Source of the DNA: Promethearchaeota archaeon
GTDB taxonomy: Archaea; Asgardarchaeota; Lokiarchaeia; Sigyniarchaeales; SOKP01
Assembly: GCA_019058445.1 (NCBI GenBank)
Contig: JAHPZA010000006.1
Location: 1,196,943 to 1,260,942 of the forward strand
DNA: 64,000 bases
Reading direction: 5' to 3'
The translations under genes and the position numbers were made by a program. The notes beneath the pieces are model-generated. The model searched no databases. It saw nothing but the letters and a program-made list of their open reading frames with translations, and had not been told where the DNA came from. Within the stretch, counting starts at the first letter, position 1. Each line of letters opens with the position of its first letter. Of the stretch, positions 55,377 to 64,000 are shown one piece after another.

Positions 55377-57554
55377 ATGAATTATGGCTATACCAACCGA
55401 ACCTTGTATCTTAATTTGAGTACAAATGAGATAAAAATCAAAGAAGTCACTAAGGAGATGAGAGAAAAATTCATTGGAGGAAAGGGGTTTGATCTTTGGC
55501 TCATGTGGAACGGTCTTCCCAAAGATCGGATAGTTAAATGGAATGATCCAGAAAATGAGATATGTATTGCATCAGGCCCTTTAGGAGCTAGTACATTTTA
55601 TCCTGGAGCTGGAAAGTCAATAGTCACAACTATTTCTCCTTTAACAGGTATAATAATAGACAGTAATGTTGGAGGATATTTCGGGCCATATTTAAAATTC
55701 TCAGGCTTTGATGCGATTGAGATTCAGGGTAAAGCTAAAAGTGATGAGATTATATATATAGATGGTCAAGATCACATTATTCAACTTGTAGAATTAGAGG
55801 AGTCTGATGGGATTTCTGAATTCTCACATACTTTAACTCAACAACTTACTGAAAAATATGCAAAGGATTCAAATCAAGGAGAAAAACAGAAAGTTTCAGT
55901 GGTGAGTACAGGTCCAGCGGCTAAGTACAGTAAATGGGGTATGCTTAATTTTTCTTGGTTTAGCAGGCGAAGGAAATGGGCATCATATAAACAAGCGGGA
56001 AGAGGTGGGATCGGAACTGTCTTTGCTAATAAAAACATAAGAGCGCTCGTGTGCAGGGCCCCAAAAATTGATGCTAGAATGAATAATCCTGCTGATCTTC
56101 AGACATTACAAGAGATTGGAAAACAGCATCATAAAGAAATAATAGATTTAGATCCTAGTCATAATCAAATGCGCTTTGTAGGAACAGGTTATCTTCCAGA
56201 TATTATGAATATAACTGATTTACTTCCTACAGAAAATTTTAGATTTGGTCAACATCGCCAGATTAAAGATAAGGATATCCCTTTCAAAAGAGAAACATGG
56301 TATGAGCTCTTTAAAGAGGATACCGGATCTGGAGCTGATGGTTGTTGGCTTGGTTGTTCAGTAAGCTGTTCTCATTATAAACGAGGATATATTGTTAAAA
56401 CGGGTCCATTTAAAGGGCAAGAAGTTATAGTGGATGGTCCAGAGTATGAAACTATAGCTGGATGTGGTTCAAATTGGGGTGTTTGGGATCCAGAATGGGT
56501 ATTAGAAGCCAATTTTTATTGTGATACATATGGTTTAGATACAATTTCAGTTGGAACTGGAATAGCATTCGTAATGGAATGCTTTGAAGAAGGTATTCTT
56601 AATAAAGAAATAACTAATGGTCTTGATTTAAATTTCGGAAATGCCGAAGCTGCTTTAGAATTACTTCATCAAATGGCAAGAGGAGAAGGTTTTGGAGTTG
56701 TTATTGGTCAAGGAATAAAAGAAATGAAACGAGTTTTTACTGAAAAATATGGAGGAGATCCCCAATTTCTACAAGATATTGGGATGGAACATAAAGGACT
56801 TGAATTTTCCGAATATGTCACGAAAGAATCGTTAACACAGCAAGGAGGATATGGTTTTACCAACAAAGGACCTCAGCATGATGAAGCATGGCTAATTTTT
56901 GAAGATGTGGTGAGAAATTCAATACCTACTTTTGAAGATAAGGCAGCCGCATTAAGATGGTTCCCTTATTGGAGAACTGTATTTTCGCTGCTAGGTCTCT
57001 GCAAATTGCCCTGGAATGATGTGGTATCAGAGAAAAATTATGAGCTTTCGATAAAAGATCCTGAAACAGGAGAATTAGTCCAAGCAAAAATATTATATCA
57101 TGTTGAGTGGTATGCACAATATTTTTCAGCCGTAACTGGTATATATTCCACAATAGATGATTTAATCCAAATGTCTGAAAGGGTATACACATTTCAACGT
57201 ATCTTTAATATACGACAAGGCAAGGGACTTCGAGAACATGATTCAAATCTGCCATATCGGGCAATAGGTCCGGTAACAAAACTTGAATATGAAAGCCGTC
57301 AAGAACGCTATGATACGCAACTAAAAGAAGAGCTAGGAGTAGATATAAATAATTTAAAAACACAAGAAAAAATGAACATTTTAAGAAATTATCGGGAAGA
57401 TCAATATATAAAGCTACAAGATGCCGTATACAAAGAACGAGGATGGACATATGGGGGCTGTCCTACAATTAAATTAGTGAAAGAATTAAGAATAAATTTT
57501 GATGATGTGATTGAATATATTAAACCATATCAAGATAAGGAGCCAAATTTATAA
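55377..57554 (+). CDS. tungsten-dependent aldehyde:ferredoxin oxidoreductase family
   Basis: FIGGKG, SPLTG..DSNVGG, AGRGG.G.V, CWLGCSVSC, GPEYET, CDTYGLDTIS. Confidence 0.92.
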   Translation: MNYGYTNRTLYLNLSTNEIKIKEVTKEMREKFIGGKGFDLWLMWNGLPKDRIVKWNDPENEICIASGPLGASTFYPGAGKSIVTTISPLTGIIIDSNVGGYFGPYLKFSGFDAIEIQGKAKSDEIIYIDGQDHIIQLVELEESDGISEFSHTLTQQLTEKYAKDSNQGEKQKVSVVSTGPAAKYSKWGMLNFSWFSRRRKWASYKQAGRGGIGTVFANKNIRALVCRAPKIDARMNNPADLQTLQEIGKQHHKEIIDLDPSHNQMRFVGTGYLPDIMNITDLLPTENFRFGQHRQIKDKDIPFKRETWYELFKEDTGSGADGCWLGCSVSCSHYKRGYIVKTGPFKGQEVIVDGPEYETIAGCGSNWGVWDPEWVLEANFYCDTYGLDTISVGTGIAFVMECFEEGILNKEITNGLDLNFGNAEAALELLHQMARGEGFGVVIGQGIKEMKRVFTEKYGGDPQFLQDIGMEHKGLEFSEYVTKESLTQQGGYGFTNKGPQHDEAWLIFEDVVRNSIPTFEDKAAALRWFPYWRTVFSLLGLCKLPWNDVVSEKNYELSIKDPETGELVQAKILYHVEWYAQYFSAVTGIYSTIDDLIQMSERVYTFQRIFNIRQGKGLREHDSNLPYRAIGPVTKLEYESRQERYDTQLKEELGVDINNLKTQEKMNILRNYREDQYIKLQDAVYKERGWTYGGCPTIKLVKELRINFDDVIEYIKPYQDKEPNL

Positions 57555-57605
57555 ATTGAGGTAATTTGGGGCAGGCGATCAGTAAAAAAAAGAAATAACA
57601 CATAT

Positions 57606-58349
57606 TTAGTTACTCTTACCTTTATATGAAACTGTGGTTCCTATAAATTTAGGATTTCCATTCCAATACTCTTTAAAGTTGCCTATATCAGATCCTGACA
57701 TGACTAATACATTTATATGGCTTCTTTTTAGGATCTGTAAGGAAACTGCATCAAAAATACGATATTCTCCCGCGGCGGCTTGTTTTTCATCAGTAGATTT
57801 TAGAGTGATCTCTTGAAGTTCCTCATATGAGATATTTGGGAATAGTTTTGCATCCTTATGCTTTTTCGGATCTTTATCGTAAATACCATCAACATTCGTT
57901 AGAAGAATTAATTCCTTTGCTCCAGTATATTCCGCTACTTCAAGAGCTACTGATGTAGTAGACTGTCCTGGTTGGAGACCCCCCATGATAATAATTTTCT
58001 TGAATAAGGTAGCTATAGAAAGCTCTTCAATTGATTTTGGAACTTGTGGATAGGCTAATTCTCCAAAAGATGTAATAATTAGGGTAGAATTTAAACGAGA
58101 AACTTCAATTCCAATAATATCACATAAAGCTTCATTTCCTTTTAAAGATCTAATTGAATTGATATATTCTCTTGCAATTAATCCCCCACCACATATTATA
58201 ATGAGAGCATCAAATTTGGGTTTATTTTTAATAATTTCACAAAAATCAGATATTCTTTTTGAATTAATCTTCTTATCCTTTGTAAATAAGAGTGAGCCTC
58301 CTATTTTTATTACAATGCTTCCTTTTTTGTTCATAATATTTTCATTCAA
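57606..58349 (-). CDS. pyrH: UMP kinase (archaeal type)
   Basis: VIKIGGS, GGG..AR.YI, GGLQPGQST, TNVDGIY.KDP. Confidence 0.92.
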   Translation of the reverse strand: MNENIMNKKGSIVIKIGGSLLFTKDKKINSKRISDFCEIIKNKPKFDALIIICGGGLIAREYINSIRSLKGNEALCDIIGIEVSRLNSTLIITSFGELAYPQVPKSIEELSIATLFKKIIIMGGLQPGQSTTSVALEVAEYTGAKELILLTNVDGIYDKDPKKHKDAKLFPNISYEELQEITLKSTDEKQAAAGEYRIFDAVSLQILKRSHINVLVMSGSDIGNFKEYWNGNPKFIGTTVSYKGKSN

Positions 58350-58407
58350 TTTTTCTTTATTAATATATAGTTGATTTAATAAATTAAGTTACTCTTACTC
58401 CAGATTT

Positions 58408-59370
58408 ATGAGTGATAACACAAGAAGCATCACTGCAGAAGTGCCCCATAGGATATCAGGTTTTTTTGAGATCGTTGATCAAATTGATGGTATTCCAATA
58501 AGCGATCCGGAAAAGATAGGATCTAGAGGAGCTGGCTTTAATCTAAGTGCTGTTGGAAAAACTAAAATCATCATTACACCCCTGAAAGAAAATGAGGAAA
58601 ATTCCTGCAAGATATATATAAATGATGAAGAATTAAATGAAAAAGCCGAAACAACATACTATATCATTAAATTTATACAATCCTATCTAAAAAAGCCGAT
58701 TAATATAGAAATTTATCATAATTTTGAATTACCCGTAGGATGTGGATATGGAGCAAGTGGTTCTGGCGCTTTAGGGGCTATTTTTGGACTAAATAATATT
58801 TTAGATCTAAAATTAAGCTACAGAGAGCAAGGTCGTATTGCCCATATATCAGAAGTTATAAATAGGACGGGATTGGGAACAATATGTGGAATATTAGGAG
58901 GGGGTTTATGTGTTTTAGAAGAGCCCGGTTATCCCTGCGCTTTCAAATCTATTCCGGTTCCAGAAAATCTTAGTATAATATGTGGTACTTTTGGAATGAT
59001 TCATACAAAGTCTATTTTAAATTCTCCCCAGTTAAGCCTAAAAATAAAAGAAGCTGGCAGAAAAGCTTTAAAAAAGTTAAGGGCCACTCCGAATATTCAA
59101 ACATTTATTATGGCTTCAATTGAATTTGTAAAGAATACTGATATACTGGATATCATGAATTTGTCTAAAACGAAAGAACTAATTGAAAATCTTAATAAAT
59201 TAGATATTTACGGAGCAAGCATGAATCAATTAGGACGTTCTGTTTATGCAATTTGTAAAGGATCAGATGAAAATAATGTATTAGAGACTTTTAATAGTTT
59301 TAAACCAGAAATCAGTGTATATATTTCAACTATAAACAAGAAAAGTCTACAAATATTTCCAATTAAGTAA
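58408..59370 (+). CDS. pantoate kinase (GHMP family)
   Basis: PHRISGFF, GSRGAG, LPVGCGYGASG, AH..EV...TGLG, SMNQLG. Confidence 0.88.
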   Translation: MSDNTRSITAEVPHRISGFFEIVDQIDGIPISDPEKIGSRGAGFNLSAVGKTKIIITPLKENEENSCKIYINDEELNEKAETTYYIIKFIQSYLKKPINIEIYHNFELPVGCGYGASGSGALGAIFGLNNILDLKLSYREQGRIAHISEVINRTGLGTICGILGGGLCVLEEPGYPCAFKSIPVPENLSIICGTFGMIHTKSILNSPQLSLKIKEAGRKALKKLRATPNIQTFIMASIEFVKNTDILDIMNLSKTKELIENLNKLDIYGASMNQLGRSVYAICKGSDENNVLETFNSFKPEISVYISTINKKSLQIFPIK

Positions 59371-59371
59371 T

Positions 59372-60208
59372 TTAAGATTCATTTAATGCTCTTGATTTTT
59401 CAGTAGCCACTTCTACCGCCCTCATTAATGTTGATCTTAGTTTAGCTCTTTCTAGTTCATGAAGAGCAGTAATAGTTGTTCCTCCAGGTGAGCATACCAT
59501 ATCTTTTAATTCTCCAGGATGTTTCCCTGTTTCTAAAACTAATTTTGCAGCTCCTAAAGCGGTTTGAGCTGCTAATTTAATGGCAACCTTTCTAGAGAGC
59601 CCCATTTTCACACCGCCATCTGCTAATGCTTCAATAATGATAAAAAAATAAGCCGGTCCACTTCCAGATAATCCAGTAACAGTATCTAAATGTTCTTCAT
59701 CTAATTCAACCACAACGCCACCTGAATTGAAAATTTTTTTAACAAATTCTATGCTACCATCTCTTATTTTATTATTGTGAGTGATTGCTGATGCCCCTGC
59801 TCCAACCATTAATGGGGTATTAGTCATTATCCGGATAATTCCCACATCATTACTAACATATTTTTCTATATGCCTTATAGCGACACCAGCGGCAATTGAG
59901 ATAATAGTATTCTCAGGTTTTATGTTTGGACCAATTTCTTCCAATACGAAATTAATTATTTGGGGTTTCACAGCTAATAATATATAATTCGAAGTTTGAA
60001 CTAAATGAGAATTATTTTGAGCGATCTTAACTCCTAACTCTTTGAAAATATTATCTGTAACAACATGATCCTTGTCATAAATAATGATCTTATCCTTTTC
60101 TATAACATTATTCTTAATAATCGTTCTTAGTAAAGCAGACCCCATTGTTCCAGTTCCAATAATACCTAATTCATTTTCAAACATAAATAGTACAGCGCTT
60201 TTTCTCAA
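59372..60208 (-). CDS. proC: pyrroline-5-carboxylate reductase
   Basis: GIIGTGTMG, AVKPQ, SIAAGV, GLSGSGPAY, SPGGTT. Confidence 0.95.
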   Translation of the reverse strand: MRKSAVLFMFENELGIIGTGTMGSALLRTIIKNNVIEKDKIIIYDKDHVVTDNIFKELGVKIAQNNSHLVQTSNYILLAVKPQIINFVLEEIGPNIKPENTIISIAAGVAIRHIEKYVSNDVGIIRIMTNTPLMVGAGASAITHNNKIRDGSIEFVKKIFNSGGVVVELDEEHLDTVTGLSGSGPAYFFIIIEALADGGVKMGLSRKVAIKLAAQTALGAAKLVLETGKHPGELKDMVCSPGGTTITALHELERAKLRSTLMRAVEVATEKSRALNES

Positions 60209-60268
60209 ATAAATTTTATGATTTATTTAAAAAATTTTAATAAATAGAGCACATAATTTTTGAGTTAT

Positions 60269-60787
60269 TCAAAAAGGAGTATTAAAATCATCACCAATAA
60301 GCTGGCAATCACTTATTCCATAGTCATCCCAAATTTTGTGCTCTAAAAGTATGTCATTGTCGATCAGTCCTACCAAACGAAATTTATAATGTTGAAAAAA
60401 CTTTATACCATTCTTATATTTTTTAGGTAATTTTATACAGATTGAAGCAATTCCCATTTTTTTTTGGATCATTAAAAAAGACTCTAAGAGAGTTGTAGCG
60501 ATGTGTTTTCTTCGAAATTTTGGATTTACATATAATAAATAGAGATATATCGTAGGAATAAGATTTTCTATTGAATCGACTTTATGAGTTTGTTGCTCTG
60601 ACACTAACATTCCTGCTAAATTATTCTCATAATAAGCAGCTAAAACAAAAATTTTATTTTTTAGAAATTTTTGTTGAAAATCATCAATAAATTCTAGAAA
60701 TTCTTGAGCACAGAGTTTCAAATCAAATAGATCTTCAGTATTGGCCACTTTTATTGAAATATTCTTTTCATGTTTATTAGATCTCAT
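60269..60787 (-). CDS. GNAT-family acetyltransferase
   Basis: LYVNPKFRRKHIAT motif A; FF....F motif B. Confidence 0.8.
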   Translation of the reverse strand: MRSNKHEKNISIKVANTEDLFDLKLCAQEFLEFIDDFQQKFLKNKIFVLAAYYENNLAGMLVSEQQTHKVDSIENLIPTIYLYLLYVNPKFRRKHIATTLLESFLMIQKKMGIASICIKLPKKYKNGIKFFQHYKFRLVGLIDNDILLEHKIWDDYGISDCQLIGDDFNTPF

Positions 60788-60797
60788 GTGATATCTA

Positions 60798-61535
60798 TTA
60801 TTCGTATAATTTCATTTTTAGTTTTTCTATAAGTTCTGCTTTAATTAGACCATTATTTCTATCATATCCTTCACAAACGATACTTCTAACACCTATTAAA
60901 TCGGGGGAAATCTGTTTCAATTTTAAGATATCATTATGCTTAATTTTCCCGGCCAAAGCCACTCTTACATTATAACTCTTTGCCTTTTCTTTAAATTTAA
61001 TTAGTTGCTCTACATTTAAAAAATCAAACAATCCCCTCTCATCCTTAATATATGTATCGAGCATAGCAAAATCAGAACCCGATTCAGCAGCGATGGTTGG
61101 AATTGCTAAAAAGTGTGGAGAACTTTTCATCCTTGATTGATCTGCATAACCAGCCGCAACAACCATAATTTTTTTATTAAATTCTTTTACGGCCTTAACT
61201 ACATTTTTCATTAATTCTATTCCTTCAAATTCGTTCTTCGGACCTTTTAATCCCACTTTAATAATATCCGCTCCTGCCACTGCAGCTCCTAAAGCCGCTA
61301 GTGAGGCACTCCCAGGCAAATATGGGAAGTCTCCAATTGTAGCACTTAAAAGTTTTGAACTATGTGTAGGAATTACTTTTTTCATTGCTTTAATCATCCA
61401 AGGAAAATTTGCTCCTAAAGAACCTTCTTTTGGATTTTTACAATCAATGTATTTTATACCCCCAGCATTTACTACGATTTTTGCTTCTTCCACGTTTTTA
61501 GGACTAATTAGTAATTCTATTTTATTATTAGCCAT
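60798..61535 (-). CDS. mfnB: (5-formylfuran-3-yl)methyl phosphate synthase (methanofuran biosynthesis)
   Basis: LLISP..EEA, IDCKNPKEGSLGANFPW, SATIGD, IKVGL, MLDT..KD, GVR. Confidence 0.92.
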   Translation of the reverse strand: MANNKIELLISPKNVEEAKIVVNAGGIKYIDCKNPKEGSLGANFPWMIKAMKKVIPTHSSKLLSATIGDFPYLPGSASLAALGAAVAGADIIKVGLKGPKNEFEGIELMKNVVKAVKEFNKKIMVVAAGYADQSRMKSSPHFLAIPTIAAESGSDFAMLDTYIKDERGLFDFLNVEQLIKFKEKAKSYNVRVALAGKIKHNDILKLKQISPDLIGVRSIVCEGYDRNNGLIKAELIEKLKMKLYE

Positions 61536-61770
61536 AATTGATCATTTACATAGGATAAATTTAAAAAATTTTTTCCACAATATTTTTTCATTAAGTTATT
61601 ATATATATGGAATTGTTACCTTATAACCTTACAATTAAATATACTATTTCGTACTTCTCTTATAAATTTAGAGCCTTTTTTTTTGAAGTCATAATTTAGA
61701 TAATTATAAAAATAACTATTTTATATTTATTTTATAATAAAATTACTACAAGTTAAAACTTGATAAAAGA

Positions 61771-62301
61771 ATGTCTCCAAAAGAAATTACAAAAATTGAG
61801 CTCACTGAAGATGTCTTTAAAGAACCTATTGATGTCATTAATAAATTGTCAAGCCATATTGATGGATTAAAATACACAAAAGTGATTCAAACATTTGTCA
61901 TGGAAAATCGAGATTTAAATTTGGTTTTATCAAAACAAGGTTCTGACTATTTTAAAGGGAAAATTGTGTGGATTGGAAATAAAAAGGATGATTCTGAGGG
62001 AACCATTTTTTGTGTAGACACTGGAAGTGAGATAAAACAAATTAGCCCAACTGCTGAAAATTCCGATAATGTGGTTTTAGATATTAAGAAAGAAACAATT
62101 AAAGTTTCTACAGTTTCTAAATCCAAGTGTGCAGTATGCGGAAAAGAAATAGAAATTTTTGATGATGTTTCGGGTTGTCCTATTTGTCAAACCAAGGCAC
62201 ACCGCGAACATTTAGTAGAATGGATTAAAGCAAAACATTCTTGTCCGATCTGTAAAAAATCCTTGAATGTTTCGTCCACAGGTGTTATTATTATTGATTA
62301 A
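61771..62301 (+). CDS. protein with C-terminal RING-type zinc finger
   Basis: C-x2-C-x12-C-x2-C-x4-H-x2-H-x3-W-x6-CPxC. Confidence 0.75.
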   Translation: MSPKEITKIELTEDVFKEPIDVINKLSSHIDGLKYTKVIQTFVMENRDLNLVLSKQGSDYFKGKIVWIGNKKDDSEGTIFCVDTGSEIKQISPTAENSDNVVLDIKKETIKVSTVSKSKCAVCGKEIEIFDDVSGCPICQTKAHREHLVEWIKAKHSCPICKKSLNVSSTGVIIID

Positions 62302-62311
62302 AAGTCAATTT

Positions 62312-63049
62312 TTATTTAAAACGTTTTAATTTTTCTATATTTAATGATCCGTCATATAACGCTGTAGCGATTAAGACTCCTGAAAATTCATTATTATACA
62401 TCATCTCTAAATCTTCATATTCTTTCACCCCCCCACCAATTAATATATTCCCTTGAAATTGATATCGGAACTTCATAAATAGAGGGGGTACACCACCTAT
62501 TTTCTGACCTACCCTAAATAAATCTAAAAGAATTATTTCTTTTACCCCCAATTTATTTAAACGATTAACCAATTTTAGGGGATTTTGGTTTTTTAAATAT
62601 TTTAAATTCGAAATGATTTTCCCTTGATACATATCAATACTAATACTGAATCGATCGCCCCCCATTATTTCTATTCCTTGTTTTATGACTTCAAAATTAT
62701 TGATAGTTTCTAAACCCAAAATTAATTTACCTAAGTTGTATTTCGAATAAATAAGGAGATCTGTTTTATCGGTAATTCCCGGGTCGAGCATGATCTTTAG
62801 ATCATGAAGTTTTAAAATTTCTAATAGCAATCCCTGATTTGGTTGTTTATTGATGATGGCATCTAAATCAGCAATATAAATCTCTTCAAAATGAAATTTA
62901 TGTTTAAGAATTTTAGCAATTTCTAATGGCTTTGACGTGTTTAGTATTTTGGATTTAAGGGGTTTATATTTATCTCTTTCACCTTTAACAGCATGAACTG
63001 CCATTGAATTAAATATATCTAATACCGGTATAATTCGAAACTTTGACAT
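62312..63049 (-). CDS. HisA/HisF-related TIM barrel protein (C1-cofactor-biosynthesis-linked type)
   Basis: IIPVLD....AVHAVKGERDKY.P, YIADLDAI, LDL.RVG, GGGV, ATALYDG. Confidence 0.8.
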   Translation of the reverse strand: MSKFRIIPVLDIFNSMAVHAVKGERDKYKPLKSKILNTSKPLEIAKILKHKFHFEEIYIADLDAIINKQPNQGLLLEILKLHDLKIMLDPGITDKTDLLIYSKYNLGKLILGLETINNFEVIKQGIEIMGGDRFSISIDMYQGKIISNLKYLKNQNPLKLVNRLNKLGVKEIILLDLFRVGQKIGGVPPLFMKFRYQFQGNILIGGGVKEYEDLEMMYNNEFSGVLIATALYDGSLNIEKLKRFK

Positions 63050-63392
63050 TTTCTTGCAAATAATTTGATTGTTAATATGGAGAACTTAAATGATATCTTT
63101 TTTCAAATATTAAAATCTTAATCATGAATCTATTTTATTTTGTAAATTTAATATTTTTCTAAAAAAATCAAAAAATTCGATGATTCCCAAGCAATCAAAT
63201 ATTATTTATTTAATTTGGTATCCTTCTAAACTTTTAGAAATGTAAAAAATTGCGCCTTTTAAAAATCAAATAAATTAAAAAACTTGAGAAGTCTTTTTAA
63301 TTAATAACTCTTGAATAATGTAATTTTTAAATGATAGTTTCTAAATCATTCTAAAATATAGACACTAAATGGTTAATTTTAATGTGTTTTTT

Positions 63393-64000
63393 ATGAAGAC
63401 GGAAGCATATATTAATAAAATCGTTGAGGATACTGGTCTTACCAGAAATGAGATTAAAGTAAGGGTTGAAGAGAAAAAAAATGAATTAAAGGGATTAATT
63501 TCTGAAGAAGGGGCCTTATTTATTATTGCTAAAGAATTAGGCGTGGATGTAAAAGATGAAAACAAAGATTTATTAAAAGAAATTGACATAAACATAGCAG
63601 ATATAACTACTAATATGAAAAATATCACAATAATTGGTAGAGTTAAACAAATAAATAAGATTTTTAATTTTAATAAAAAAGATGGTGGTACTGGGAAAGG
63701 CGGATCATTTATATTGCACGATATTACAGGTGACATTAAAATTGTAGTGTGGGATGATCATACAAAAGTTTTAGAACAACCTGAATTTGAAAGAAATGAA
63801 CTGGTTAAGATTTTAAATGGATACGCAAGAAAAGGAAAATATGAGGGAATCGAAGTTCATATTGGAAGATTAAGCAAGATTATTATCTCGCCTGAAGATG
63901 TAGATTATAAAAAATATCCAAAAATAAAAGAAGTATTTACTTCTATTAATGACATAAACTTATCTTTAAGTTCTGTTTCAATTGAGGGAAAAATAATGCA
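63393..64000 (+). CDS. replication factor A-like OB-fold protein (partial, runs off the window)
   Basis: Not in the ORF track because it has no stop here; MKTEAYINKI...GLISEEGALFIIAKELGV, then OB fold (NITIIGRV..I...F.KKDG..GK...L.D.TGDIKIVVWD). Confidence 0.85.
   Translation, partial: MKTEAYINKIVEDTGLTRNEIKVRVEEKKNELKGLISEEGALFIIAKELGVDVKDENKDLLKEIDINIADITTNMKNITIIGRVKQINKIFNFNKKDGGTGKGGSFILHDITGDIKIVVWDDHTKVLEQPEFERNELVKILNGYARKGKYEGIEVHIGRLSKIIISPEDVDYKKYPKIKEVFTSINDINLSLSSVSIEGKIM

Noticed and set aside
63365-63736. 123-aa minus-strand ORF
   Set aside because: Antisense to the RPA-like gene starting at 63393.
1-64000. CRISPR array, rRNA, transposase, intein or selenoprotein/SECIS
   Set aside because: No regularly spaced repeats, rRNA-like stretch, DDE/IS gene, intein motif or read-through TGA was seen. 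The PD-(D/E)XK gene lacks Cas4 cysteines and any cas context.

Overview
AT-rich archaeal chromosomal segment whose gene content points to Asgard archaea (Lokiarchaeia-like). Evidence: archaeal rpl15e, Rpp30/Pop5, ArcTGT, Trm5, pantoate kinase and MfnB, together with eukaryotic-signature-type proteins (Rab-like GTPase, roadblock, longin-like, UBC-like, RING, EMC6-like). The left end (1-4.7 kb) is a rearranged accessory patch with a Dam-type methylase, an inverted truncated second Dam copy, a gene remnant and a LAGLIDADG endonuclease. The rest is mostly core genome. Main unannotated signals: (1) an 18-codon, six-Trp uORF (MATVNNWAWRWQWPWRWR) with hairpin and U-tract directly upstream of trpB2, a candidate archaeal ribosome-dependent tryptophan attenuator; (2) an smc-scpA-scpB operon in which Smc lacks a recognisable canonical hinge and has ~90-aa arm repeats, and ScpA has a hidden N-terminal SAP/HeH-like module; (3) repeated apparent use of ATT/ATC/CTG start codons behind strong SD sites; (4) a box C/D sRNA predicted to guide the 23S P-loop Gm2251-equivalent methylation; (5) three tRNA genes carrying four BHB introns, all at non-canonical positions. 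All family calls come from motif recognition by eye; no searches were run.
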